Positions 51,182 to 64,000 of a stretch of 64,000 nucleotides of DNA are shown here, in pieces. The notes beneath the pieces are model-generated. The model made no database searches and was not told the origin of the DNA. It was given only the letters and a program-made list of their open reading frames with translations. The DNA is from Octopus vulgaris. Taxonomy: Eukaryota. The stretch spans positions 127,906,001 to 127,970,000 of the forward strand of contig OX597818.1 of assembly GCA_951406725.2 (NCBI GenBank), read 5' to 3'. A program made the position numbers and the translations under genes. Position 1 is the stretch's first letter. Each line of letters begins with the position of its first letter.

Positions 51182-51572
51182 GTAGGCGCAATGGCCCAGT
51201 GGTTAGGGCAGCGGACTCGCAGTCATAGGATCGCGGTTTCGATTCCCAGACCGGGCGTTGTGAGTGTTTATTGAGCGAAAACACCTAAAAGCTCCACGAG
51301 GCTCTGGCAGAGGATGGTGGTGATCCCTGCTGTACTCTTTCACCACAACTTTCTCTCACTCTTACTTCCTGTTTCTGTTGTACCTGTATTTCAAGGGGCC
51401 GGCCTTGTCACTCTCTGTGTCACGCTGAATATCCCCGAGAACTACGTTAAGGGTGTACGTGCCTGTGGAGTGCTCAGCCACTTACACGTTAATTTCACGA
51501 GCAGGTTGTTCCGTTGATTCGGATCAACCGGGACCCTCATCGTCGTAACCGACGGAGTGCTTCCATCCATCC
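51182..51572 (+). mobile_element. Full-length tRNA-derived SINE family C
   Basis: A-box tggcccagtgg, B-box ggtttcgattccc, (CCAT)n tail, 11-bp TSD ATTACCATAAA. Confidence 0.9.
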
Positions 51573-53239
51573 ATTACCATAAATTGTGAACTAGCCTAAT
51601 TATCACAATGCCCCTACTCCCTCTCTCAGCTGAGGTCTTTGTCTTGCAAGTGCCAGAATCATGTAAAATGCACTTATGCTGGTGCCACGGAAGATATACT
51701 CATGCTGGTGCCATGTAAAATGCTCTCACGCTGGTGCCACTTACAATGCACCCAGCACACTCTGTAAAGTGGTTGTGTTAGGAAGGGCATCCAGCTGCAG
51801 AAACCATGACAATTGGAGTCTGAACAGCTCTCTGGTTGGTCAGTTCCTGTCAAACTGTCCAACCCATGCCAGCATGAAAAACAGACATTAAATGATAATG
51901 ATGATGATATTAACTTTAAATCAGTTGAACTGATCACTTAAACTGCCAACTGTAAACACACATAATCATCATCCTCACTTTTACATCCACATTTTCCATG
52001 TCATTAGATAAAATTTGAAGCAATATTCTCTGGCTACATGACCTTCTTGCCACAGTATTCTTATGCTGATGACCTTGTTGCCAACTCTTATTTGTTTCCA
52101 AGTAAGATGCCTATTCCCCTAGTCTTTCATGTGATGGACTGTTCAATAGCCAGACATCTTTTTACATGGTATAAACAATGATCCTGCTGAATAAATGGTG
52201 ACATTGTTTTATATGTTCAAGGGTGGGCTGAAAAGTTTATAGGCTGATCACAATGCTCAGGTTGAATTTGACCAAATGCATTTTATTTTTCAACATAGTC
52301 TCATTATCTCAATATATAGCAGAAATATTTTCATGTAAGGACCATTATCAACATTTCATGTTAGAGCTGTTTATCAATCAATGCCCTTCTAATTTTATAA
52401 AGTTTATTCTTTCTATTTTTTTTTTTTTTACTTGCTTCAGTCATTTGACTGTGGCCATGCTGGAGCACCGCCTTTAGTCGAGCAAATTCGACCCCGGGAC
52501 TTATTCTTTGTAAGCCCAGTACTTATTCTATCGGTCTCTTTTGCCGGACTGCTAAGTGACGGGGACGTAAACACACCAGCATCGGTTGTCAAGCGATGTT
52601 GGGGGGACAAACATATACACACACACACATATAAATATATATACGACAGGCTTCTTTCAGTTTCCGTCTACCAAATCCACTCACAAGGCATTGGTCGGCC
52701 CGAGGCTGTAGCAGAAGACACTTGCCCAAGATGCCACGCAGTGGGACTGAACCCGGAACTATGCGAAATAACATCTCAACACAGTTGACATCTCTCACTT
52801 GCAATAACTTATACCAGGAAACAGAGCAAAGCAGAGCTCTGCTTTTATCCTATGAGGCTTAATTACAGTTAAAAGACAGCATGAATGAAGAATTAATAGA
52901 TGTTACTACATTACTGCCAGCAATGTGAATCCCAAAACAAAATCTTTGATGATGATAATTACTTCTAACAAAGGAATAAGGCCAGAAACTAGGAGAGAGT
53001 AGGTTGCTTAAATCAATCTTTGTACCAGTACTTTATTTTATCAATACCGAAACAATGAAAGGCAAAGTTGACCACAGCAGAATTTGAACTCAGAACACAA
53101 AGAGCTGGAATAAATATTATGCTACCAATCCACTACCCTAGTAATCAGAATAATCTTTCTATAAGATTATTTTATCCTACCAAGACACTATAGCCTTTCA
53201 ATTTAACATCTCCAGCACTGCCAAGAAATGCTCCTTCTT

Positions 53240-54240
53240 CACTTAGCTTTTACTGTTTTTCCAATTAAATGAATGATGGCATCACTCACACTCAAACATG
53301 AATATTGGATTGACCAATGAGATCTTTTTCATTAGTATACTAGTGGCTCTAGACTTTTCAACTTTTCTGATTGTCCCATCTTCTAACCTGCTTAGATCAA
53401 GATGCATTGCTTTGTGAGACTGTACCAAGTAGATCTTACAGCACAAAGCTCTACCATGATTGGTTAATATTGCAATCTTTTAGAGAGGCTTAGAGAGTTT
53501 CTTTGCAGTATTTTCCAGCATGTTAACTGACCAGATATTACTCACCAATCGATTCACTGTAGAAAAGAAATTTCAGAAAATCGTCACTCATTCTGGCAGT
53601 ATGACCAGATCACTGCAGCTGGACTCCACACAAAAGAATGTACAGATACTAAGTAACACTGCATGATTGAAGACCTCAGTATCTTGGACCTTGCCCTGCA
53701 AATGAATACTCAGCATTTTGCACAGATAGACTTGTGAAAAGCCCATGTCTCATTGGCATACAACAATGTTGGTAGAATAATGAAACTGTAGACCTTAATC
53801 TTGGTTTGGAAGCTGGGACTTTTCCTCACTCAGATAATCTTACAAAGGTGATGCTGGCCTTGGAAATTCTGCTGTTAATTTCATCATTGATGCAGAGGAC
53901 TCTTAAGAGAATACAACCAAGGAATGTAAATCTGTCAATGGTCTTATCTATGACTAAGATTGCAGGCACTATGTACTATTTGTGAGGAACAGCCTGGTAC
54001 ATGACTTTGGGGGTTTTCTGTGCTGATGGTTGAAGGACTAAGTCACCACAAACAGAGAAGAAACATTTTTTGTATTTCCAACTTTCAGACACTGAGCTTC
54101 CATTGACAGCAGTTGCCTACAAACAACTCACATAGAGTCCTCCTTCATCTTGGTTTCCACCTTGAGCCTTCTCGGGTTAAAGAGCCATCAGTACAATAGT
54201 GTATGGCAAAACAAACTTCCCCGACCAAAATACACAAGTT
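53240..54240 (-). mobile_element. Heavily decayed RTE-like LINE remnant
   Basis: Reverse complement gives fragments such as FTFLGCILLR, DDEINSRISKA and LQ*SGHT. No open frame. Confidence 0.55.
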
Positions 54241-57200
54241 ATTATGGCTGAAAACAAGCTGAAGAGAATGAGTGCCAGTACAGAATATTGCTTAACATCA
54301 TTTGTAACTTGGAATATCACCATGGCTCTCCATCACCATTTACACTATAAATGCATGCATCTATGCACATTATATACATAAAGACACGCAATAATATATA
54401 CATAAATGTACAATTTATACATACACACAAACACATACATGCATACAAGAGAGTGAGAAAGAGAGCTATGAACTAGCTTATTTATATACACCAATTTATA
54501 CATGTTTATGATACAGAATTAAAGATTTAACTTTTTTTTTTTTCAATAATAATAATAATGATTTCATACATTGGCACAAGGCCACAAATTGTAGGAGTAC
54601 AATAGTCAATTGAATTGAATCCCTGTACAAAGCTGGTACCCATTTTTATTGAGTCCAGAAGGATGAAAAGCGAAGTCAAACCCAGCAGGATTTGAATTCA
54701 AAACATGAAGGAACATAACTAAATACCACAGGGCATTTGGTCCGGCACTGTACCATCTCTGCCAGCTCAACAATAAATGATGATGATTATTTTCCAAATG
54801 TGTGTGAAGCCTCGGAATTATTAGAGGAGAACTGTGATAATGTGCTGTAAATGGTTTTCACAAAAATGCTAGTGAGCAAAGAGAAATGGTCCTATAACAG
54901 AATTGAAATCAAGTCGAAGACTTGAATTACTTGGCACTCTGCCACTGACCACAATAATGAGGATGTAATTTGTTTAATTAGCCATTAATGTAAGAATTAT
55001 TCGAGAGTAGAAATAGTAAATTATTGATCATGTTCACCATCACAAATAGAATTAAGATAATAAAAATTGTTTCTAATTTAGGCACAAGGCCAGCAATTTT
55101 GATTATATTAACCCCATTTCTTGACTGGTACTTCACTTTTTGACTTCTAAAAGGATGAAAGGCAAAGTTGACTTTGACAGGATTTGAACCCAGAATGCCA
55201 GCTAGAAAAAATGCCATGGAGCATTTTCTTAACACTCTAACAAGTTTGCTCAAATAATAATGAATGTTTCTTACATTGGCACAAATTAGTAATTTTCAGA
55301 GGAAAGTTGTGGTTGTGTTGTCAATCAACAAAAAGGCAACTGACCTTCGCCTACTATATATCACATAATTTTTTTACTGAACCCTGATAGATGATGGGGC
55401 TAAAATGATCTCAAAGTATTGAACACAATAATAATAATCCTTTCTACTATATGAACAAGGCCTAAAATTTTGGGGGAAGGGATTAGTCGATTACATCCAC
55501 CCCCAGTACTTGACTGGTACTTTATTTTATTGACCCTGAAAAAATGAAAGGTAAAGTCAACTTTAGTGGCATTAGAACTCAGAAAATAAAGCTAGAAGAA
55601 ATGCCACTAAACATTTTGTCTGATGTGCTAATGACTTTGCCAATCCATTACCCTTAATAGATTTCTTTTAGGTACAAAACCAGTTTTTGTAGGATAGAAT
55701 TAATGGTTACTTGAGTTGATCACAAACTGTTACTGGTATTTATTTTGCTGATTCACAAAACTAAAAGAAAAGAGGGTGTAATCAATTGAATCAATGCCAG
55801 TAAATACCTGTTTCTTATTTTATCAACCTTCCACCCTTCTACACATCATTACATTTGGCCCCCTAATTTTAATTGAAAACATTTAGAACTGTAACTAAAT
55901 ACATCAAGGTATTTAGAGTGAGACACAACTGTTTCTGATAATTCACCGGAATCATAACAATCATTTCTAACATAAATACATAAATTTTGAGGAAGTAGGT
56001 TAGTCAATTAAATTGACCCCAGTAAGTGGTTGGTATTTTTATTTCATTGACTTCAGAAAGATGAAAGGCAAAGTTGACTTTGATAGGATTTGAACTCAGA
56101 ACATAAAGAGCCAAAACAAACACTGCAAGACATTTTGTCCAATATTGTAATGATTTGCCAATCAACCACAACCCTAATAAAGCCTGCACAAGGCCAGCAC
56201 TTTTGAGGGTAGGAAGTTGAGATATTGCTGCCAGTACTTGACTGGCACTTTATTTTATCGATCCTGTATGAATGAAAGGCAAAGCTGACCTTGGTAGGAT
56301 CTGGATTTAAATCATAGAGCCAGAACAAATACTACAAGGCTTGTTTTTTTTTAACTATGCTAGTAATTATGCTATTATCATTGGCACAAAACCAGAAATT
56401 GAAGGAGATAGGTCAGTAGTCAGTTTAAATGGCCCCAGTACTTGGCTGGTATTGCTTTTATCAACTGAGAACAGTGAAAGGCAAAAGTCGGCTCTGGCAG
56501 GGGTTGTAATAAAAAAAAAATGTATAAGAACATAACTATATACACTCATACACTGGAATTTCACCAACACAATAATAATAATAATGATGGCTTCAAATTT
56601 TGGCACAGGGCCAGCAGTTTTTGAAGGGAGGGAGAAAATGAGTTGATTACACTGACCCTAGTACATGAGTGTTGCTTATTTTATCAGTCACCAAAAAATG
56701 AAAGGTAAAGTTGAGCTTGGCAGAATTTGAGCTCAGAATATAAAGACGGATAAAATGTTGCTAAGCATTTTGCCCGGTGTGCTTATGATTCTGCCAGTTC
56801 ACTGCCTTAATCAGCAACAACAAAATTATTATTATTATTATTTCAAATTTTGGCACATGGCCAGCAAGTTTAGGAGAGGAGGCTAGTCAATTACAACAAT
56901 CCCAGTATTCAACTAATACTTATTTTATCAACTCCAAACGGGTGAAAGGTTAAGTCAGGCCTGGCAACATTTGAACTTCAGCATGGTAATGATCCTGCCA
57001 GCTCACTGCCTTAATAATAATAATAAAGGTGCTAATTTCTAGTTTAGGTACAAGGTCAGCAATTTTGAGGGGAGTGGGTTAGTCAATATCATCAACCCCA
57101 GTACTTAACTAGCACTTTATTTCATTGATCCCAGAGGGATAAACAATCAAAGAAGACTTAAGCTGCATTTGAACCAGAATGAAAAGAGCTGGAAAAAATA

Positions 57201-57867
57201 GTGCAAAACATTTTCCCAATGTTCCAATGATTTTGTCAGCTCAATACCCTGAATTAACCTTGTAATAATTGGTTCTAATATAGACACAATGACAGGAACT
57301 TTGAAGGTAGGTCAGTCAACACCACCAATACCAGTGCTTGACTGGTACTTTATTTTATCAACCCTAGAGGGATGAAAGACAAAGTTGACCATAGCAGGAT
57401 TTGAAACAAGAAATGTAAAGAGCCAAAAGAAATATTCAAACGTATTTCTTCTGATATTCTAAGAATTTTGTCAGCTCGCCACCTTGAATCAATCCCATAA
57501 CAACAATAGTGTGCATCATACACACAAGTCAACAAATTTTGGGAGAGGACTAATACTCAGTCAAGTAGTTGACTGATATGTATTTACACAACAGAGGCTA
57601 GACCATCAAAATACAAAGTCAACTGCAGCGTGATTTGAACTCAAAATATAACAAGATGTAAGAGAACGGCAGATACCATCAGGCATGGACTCCTAACCAT
57701 TTCCATTACATTATTCTCACAATAATATTCATAATTTTAATAATTTCCTTTGAATATTATATGAAAAATTTTGTAGTGGAGGAGTATAGACATATCACTC
57801 ACCTCCAGAATATTACTGATACTTTTAAATTGTTGTAATAACCAAAACAATAATAGTAAGTACTACT

Positions 57868-58153
57868 AAATGCAAATATATGGGAAACTACCACCTGTGT
57901 CATCTCTTGTGAAAGGTAGGAGAGTCCAGTTTGCTGGACATTGTTGTAGAGCTGAAAAAGTAATTTCTACTCTTCTCCTCTGGAAGCCATCTACTCGCAA
58001 TACCAGAGGGCGCACACTCTCCTACCCTGATGTAATCTCCAGGGATACAGGCATCCAGCAACAGGACCTCCGTAATGCCATGATGGACCGTGAAGTCTGG
58101 CGTAGCATGGTAAATTCCATTGTCTCGACCACGGTCGAACAATGATGATGATG
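57868..58153 (+). mobile_element. 3' fragment of another RTE-group LINE with (ATG)n tail
   Basis: Encodes RRVQFAGHCCR...LLLWKP...AMMDREVWR and ends in (tga)n. Confidence 0.8.
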
Positions 58154-61023
58154 ACTACTGCACTAAATTACCTTGTAGTATTTAGTTAGATCTCTTTTAC
58201 ATTTTGAGTTCATCCAAATCTTGATGGGGGTTATTTTGCATTTCAACCTTCCAGGGTCAACAAAACAAAAATGAGAAATAAACTGAAAATTTTTATCTGT
58301 GTCTAGTTGAACAATAAATCAGTAAAATTGGTTTCAAATTTCAACACAAGGCCAGTAAGTTCCGGGGATGGGATAAGTTGATTACATCGAACCCCAGTGT
58401 TCAACTGGTACTCATTTTATCAACCCCAAAAGATGAAAGGCAAAATCAATCGCAGCAGAATTTGAACTCAGAACATAATGACAGATGAAATGCCACTAAG
58501 CATTCTACTAACTCACTGCCTTATAAATCAGTAATATTACTAGTAATAACAATGATAATTTCTACCATAGGAATAAGGCTACTAAGTTGTGAGATGGGCA
58601 CAGTCAATAAAACCAACCCTAGTACTTGACTGGTACTTTTTTTATTGATCCCCAAAGGTATCAAAGACAGAGTCAACAAGGATTTATGTTCAGGACATAA
58701 AGGAGTGTTAACTAAATCTTGAGTCACATTCCATCTACTCCTCTACCAATTCTGCCATCCACCATAATGATAATAACAACAACAATGGCTTTTAATTTAG
58801 GCTTAGGTACAAGGTTAGCAATTTTGATGGGAAGGTTGTTTGATTACATCAACCCCAGCATTTGACTGGTACTTTATTTTATCAACTCCAAAGGGATGAA
58901 AAGCCAAGTTGATCTCAGTGGAATTTGCCCAATGCCCTAACAACTCTGTCAACCCAGCATGTTGATGATAATAATGTTGATGATAATAATAATAATTCTT
59001 TCTACTAAAGGTGCATGGTCTGAAATTTTGAGGGAGGGGACTAGTTGATCACATCAACCCCTCAAGGATAAAAAGCGAAGTCATTCTCAGCAGAATTTGA
59101 ACTCAGACCATAAGGACAGACAAAATTCTGCTGAGCATTTTGCCCAATATGCTAACAATTCCGCCAGCTCGCCCGGCCTTAATAATAACCCTTTCTACTG
59201 GAGGCACAAGGCTTCAAATTTGTGAGGAGGGGACTAGTCAATTACAGCAACCCCAGTGTTTCACTGGTACTTAATTTATCAACCCTGAAAGGATGAAAGG
59301 CAAAGTCGACCTTGGCAGAATTTGAACTCAGATCAAAAAGATAGATGAAAAGCTGCTAAGCATTCTGCCAGGCATGCTAACGATTCTGCCATTTTAATTA
59401 ATAATAAATAATAATTATTATTATTATTATTATTATTGTTAATTTAATCATAAGGTTATTAATTTTGTGGAAAGGTGGTTAGTTGATTACTTTGGTTAGT
59501 AATTAACTGATACGTTATTTTATTGACTCCAAAAGGATGAAAAGCAAAGTTAACCTCAGCAGGATTTCAACTCAAGACATAAAGAGCCAAAAGAAATATT
59601 GGTTTCAAATTTTGACACAAGGTCAGCAATTTCTGGGGAGGAAGAAAGTCAATTACATCAATCCCAGGTACTTATTTTATTGACTCTGAAAGGATGAAAG
59701 GCAAAGTCAACCTTGGTGAAATTTGAACTCAGAACATAAGGATGGACAAAATGTCATTAAACATTTTGTTTGGCACTGTAATGTTTTGCCAACTAACTGC
59801 CACAGCCAGAAGAAATATATCAAAATATTTTTTGAAAGGTCTAATGTTTCTGTCATTCCACTGCCCTTGGATGGTAAACTTATCTTGCACCCATGCAAGA
59901 TAGATTTAATCTGTCAAATGATTTAATACCTATTTCTTTACTACCCACAAGGGGCTAAACACAGAGGGAACAAACAAGGCCAGACAAATGGATTAAGTCG
60001 ATTATATCGACCCCAGTGCGTAACTGGTACTTATTTAATTGACCCGGAAAGGATGAAAGGCAAAGTGGACCTCGGCGGAATTTGAACTCAGAACGTAATG
60101 GCAGACGAAATACCACAAAGCATTTTGCCCGGCGTGCTAACAACTCTGCCAGCTCGCTGCCTTATGATTTAATACCACTAGCTTGGCACCCTGGATACAG
60201 AGATGGAGTCCATTCTGTTTTAAACATTGTGGCTAGTTCTGGTTTAGGGACACTTTCCTCCTCTGCCTGTCTTGATTAAAAGACAACCACTCTGTCCCAC
60301 CAAAATGCTTTTAATTTAGACATACAGCCAGCAATTTTCAAGAAAGGAAGTTAGTCAATACTATTAACCCCAGTAAATGACCGATACTTTGTCATTGCAC
60401 AAAAGGGCTGAAAGACAAAATTGATGCTAGCAGGATTTTAACTCAAATCATAAAGAACCATAACTGAATGTTAAAAGGCTGATGCTTTAATAATTCTACC
60501 TACCCAGCAAACTTTATATTAATAATAATAATAACGATGATGATTTCAATTTTTGGCACAAGGTTAGCCATTTTGGGGAAGGGGATAAGTTAATCACACC
60601 GATCCCAGTGTTCAACTGGTACTTATTTTATCAACCCCAGAAGGATGGAAGGCAAAAATCAACCCCAGCAGAATTTGAACTCAAAGCATAAAGACAGACC
60701 AAATGTCACTAAGCATCTTGCTTGGCAAGCTAACGATTCTGACAGCTCACTGCTAAGATAATAATAATAATAATAATAATAATAATGGTGATGAGTTTAA
60801 ATTTTGGCACAAGGCCAGCAATTTCAGGGGAAGGGGTAAGTTAATTACATCAACCCTAATGTTCAACTGATACTTATTTTATTGACCCTGAAAGGATGAA
60901 AGACAATGTCAACCCCATCAAAATTTGAATTTAAAACATAAAGAGCCAGAACAAAACAAATACTGCAAGGTTTTTGCCCGACACTTCTACCAACCCAACA
61001 TGCCCTATGATGTTAATAACAGC

Positions 61024-61072
<49 letters not shown>

Positions 61073-61304
61073 GTTTCAAAATTTGCCACAAGGACAGCTA
61101 TTTTTGGGGAGGGGATGTTTCAATTACATTAACCCCAGTGTTTTACTGGTACTTAATTTATCGACCCCGAAAAAGATGAAAGGCAAAGCTGACCTCTGTG
61201 GAATTTAAGCTCAAAACATAGCGACGGGCAAAATATCGCTAAGCATTTAGCACGATATGCTAATGAGTCTGCCAGCTCATTGCTTTCAATAATAATAATA
61301 ATAA

Positions 61305-61480
61305 TACCCCACAATCTTCGTGTATTGCAAAAATTGGCTTTACTTTGCACTTCACACATACTGCGTAAAGTACTGTCCATCTGGGGTCCTTGTTGTGACT
61401 TGACGGACAGTACAAACCCCTTTTGCACATATTTTTAATCTACATTACAATATTGGATACTGTGTCATGTCTTCAATAAT
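61305..61480 (+). mobile_element. R4/Dong-like LINE 3' end inserted in (TAA)n
   Basis: Translates LQKLALLCTSHILRKVLSI, resembling the R4/Dong C-terminal LQK..LLGT..ILRKVL motif. (AAT)n on both flanks. Confidence 0.7.
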
Positions 61481-63575
61481 AATAATAATAATAATCCTTT
61501 CTACTAAAGGCACAAGGCCTGAAATTTTGGCAGAGGGGACTAGTTGATTACATCGACACCAGTGTTTCCCTGGTACTTAATTTATTGACCTTGAAAGGAT
61601 GAACGGCAAAGTCGGCCTTGGCAGATTTTGAACTCAGATTGTAAAGACAGATGAAATGTTGGTAAGCATTTTGCCTGACATGTTTAATGATTCTGCCAGC
61701 TCACCACCTTAATAATAATCCTTTCTACTATAGGCACAAGGCCTGAAATTTTGTGGGGAGCAAATAAGTTGATTACATCAACCCTAGTGTTTTGTTGGTA
61801 CTTAATTTATCGACCCCAAAAGGATGAAAGGCAAAATCGACCACGGAGGAATTTGAACTCAGAACATAGACAGGCGAAATACTGCTAAGCATTTTGCCTG
61901 GTGTGCCAACAGTTCTGCCAGCTTGCCACCTACTAATAATAATAATCCTTTCTATTAACAGAAATTTTGTGGGAGTGGGCTAGTTGATTTTATCAACCTC
62001 AGTGCTATACTGGTACTCATTTCACTAACCTGAAAAGGATGAAAAACAATGTCGACCTCAATGGAATTTGAACTCAAAATGTAAAGAGTCAGGACAAATA
62101 CCACATGTTATTTTGCCTGACACTCTAACGATTTAAGAACTCTATTATCCCAGCCTGCCCTGTGATGTTAATTATGATAATAACAGCAAGAGTTAAATTT
62201 TGGCACAACGCCAGCAAGTTCCAGGGAGAGGGTAAGTTGATTACATCGACCCCAGTGTTCAACTGGTACTTATTTTATCGACCCTGAAAGGATGAAAGGC
62301 AGAGTCTCGACCTCAGTGGAATTTGAACTCAAAATGTAAAGAGCCAGGACAAATACCACATGTTATTTTGCCTGACACTCTAACGATTTAAGAACTCTAT
62401 TATCCCAGCCTGCCCTGTGATGTTAATTATGATAATAACAGCAATAATAACAGCAAGAGTTAAATTTTGGCACAACGCCAGCAAGTTCCAGGGAGAGGGT
62501 AAGTTGATTACATCGACCCCAGTGTTCAAATGGTACTTATTTTTATCGACCCTGAAAGGATGAAAGGCAGAGTCTCGACCTCAGTGGAATTTGAACTCAA
62601 AACATAAGGACAAACAAAATGCTGCAAAAACACTTTGCCCAGTGTGCCAACAATTCTGCCAGCTCACCACCTTAATAATAATGATTATGAATGATGATGA
62701 TGATGATGATGATGACGACGACGATGATGATGATGGTGGTGGTGGTGGTGGTGGTGGTGGTGGTGGTGGTGCTAATGATAAACCAAAGAAAGCATAGAAG
62801 GAAGGAAGGAAGGAGTGGGGGGATTAAAAAAAATGAAAAACCACTTAAGTAAATAGTTCTTACATAAAAACTAACAAATCACTTTAGTTTATTATCTTTC
62901 CAGCTTGTCCACTTTTTTTTCCTTTTTATCATCTCTTGCAACAATGTCTTTTTTTGCATTTTTTTTTTTTTTGTTTTACACATGCATGTGTACGTGTGCA
63001 TCTCTGAGTCTGTGTGTATCTCAATTTCATTTTCAACTGGACTTTATGTCACTGAAGGATTAGTTATTATTATTATTTTTTTTGTATTTTTATTTTCTTT
63101 ATTATTGTTTATTTTTCATTATATATATATTTTGGATGGCATTGGGGGAGAGAAACTTTGCATCTTCTTGTAATAAAGATGCCAAAGGAAAAACTTAGGG
63201 TTTCCAAAAACAGACAAAAAAAAAAACCCATGCGTCCAGTAAGTTATTATTTATAGCTCTGTTCCGGAGGAAAAGATACCTCTTTTTTTTTTTTTTGTAT
63301 GTGTGTTTTTTTTTTTTATTTTCAAAGCAATAAACAAAAAAAAAAAAAAAATAAATAAATAATTAGAACAACAGTAATAATAAAAATAATAAAAATAAAG
63401 ATAATAATAATGATAATAATATATACAAAATGTCAGCGTTATTTTGTTCCTTTGTCTTTTGGCATCTTTCATTTCACATTCTTTTTGTCATTCATTTCAT
63501 TTCATTAATTATGATTTGTGCAAATGAAAGATTGAAATCGTATTTCACATCATAACAATTAAAATAATAGAGATG

Positions 63576-63632
<57 letters not shown>

Positions 63633-63662
63633 TAAAAAAAGAAAGACTGAAAGAAAGAAAAA

Positions 63663-63903
63663 CTATGACAAAGAATCAGTTGAATTCTTCATGTTTTCTT
63701 TGAAGTCTGGCACAGGTAGCTTTGTTGGAACGAACTGTGATTTTTCTTTTGCTGCCCCTGCATCTGGTTTTGTTTCTTCTTTTGTTGGTAAGTGACTAGT
63801 TAAAGAAGATTTGGGAAGGTCTCCTTCTTCAACAAGGGATGGCCATTTGGGTTGTTGGTCAACTTTACTAAGTCTCTCGTTCAATGCTTTTAGAGCCAAT
63901 TGT
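63663..63903 (-). CDS. TMEM115: TMEM115 (Golgi rhomboid-like membrane protein) terminal coding exon
   Basis: Acceptor ttttgcaatcctcag|a caa ttg. Encodes (R)QLALKALNERLSKVDQQPKWPSL, matching TMEM115 RRRQLALKALNERLKRVEDQSIWPSM. Stop TAG at 63665-63663. Confidence 0.9.
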
Positions 63904-64000
63904 CTGAGGATTGCAAAAGAAGAAAAAGAAAAGAATTAAGACAAAATAAAACAATCAGTATATCAACAACAAAAAAATGTAGGTGTGGCTGTGTGGTAAG

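Larger units (their letters stand above)
54545..62680 (-). repeat. About 8-kb head-to-tail array of roughly 25-30 diverged SINE A copies, all on the minus strand
   Basis: Recurrent ttggcacaaggcc...ctggtactt..tttat.gacccc.aaaggatgaaaggcaaagt.gacc...atttgaactcag units separated by (AAT)n. Confidence 0.88.

Noticed and set aside
51185-51260. tRNA gene
   Set aside because: It is the tRNA-derived head of a SINE, with a body, tail and TSD.
22900-62700. Additional host exons between BBS2 and TMEM115 (e.g. minus-strand GTGAGT donor-like sites near 30585 and 57797)
   Set aside because: No matching acceptor plus recognisable coding frame. Non-coding exons cannot be excluded without RNA data.

Overview
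AT-rich, repeat-dense animal genomic DNA. The SINE/LINE families and microsatellite load point to an octopus/cephalopod, which is my recollection and not a database result. The window holds the last seven coding exons of a BBS2 orthologue (+, 3044-20300) and the terminal coding exon of a TMEM115 orthologue (-, 63663-63903). The two genes converge across about 40 kb with no recognisable gene. The rest is transposon-derived: RTE-type LINEs with a PHD finger inside the RT domain and a minisatellite-bearing 3' UTR, CR1-like, BovB-like and R4/Dong-like fragments, three tRNA-derived SINE families, and hAT-, piggyBac-, Merlin- and Helitron-like non-autonomous elements. The most notable signal is a set of hammerhead-ribozyme motifs inside inverted-repeat elements that sit in (TA)n tracts. 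One apparently intact type I hammerhead occurs twice, in opposite orientations, at 41.9 and 42.2 kb. Strand-polarised head-to-tail SINE arrays lie at the 3' ends of both genes. Most listed ORFs are microsatellite or repeat artefacts.
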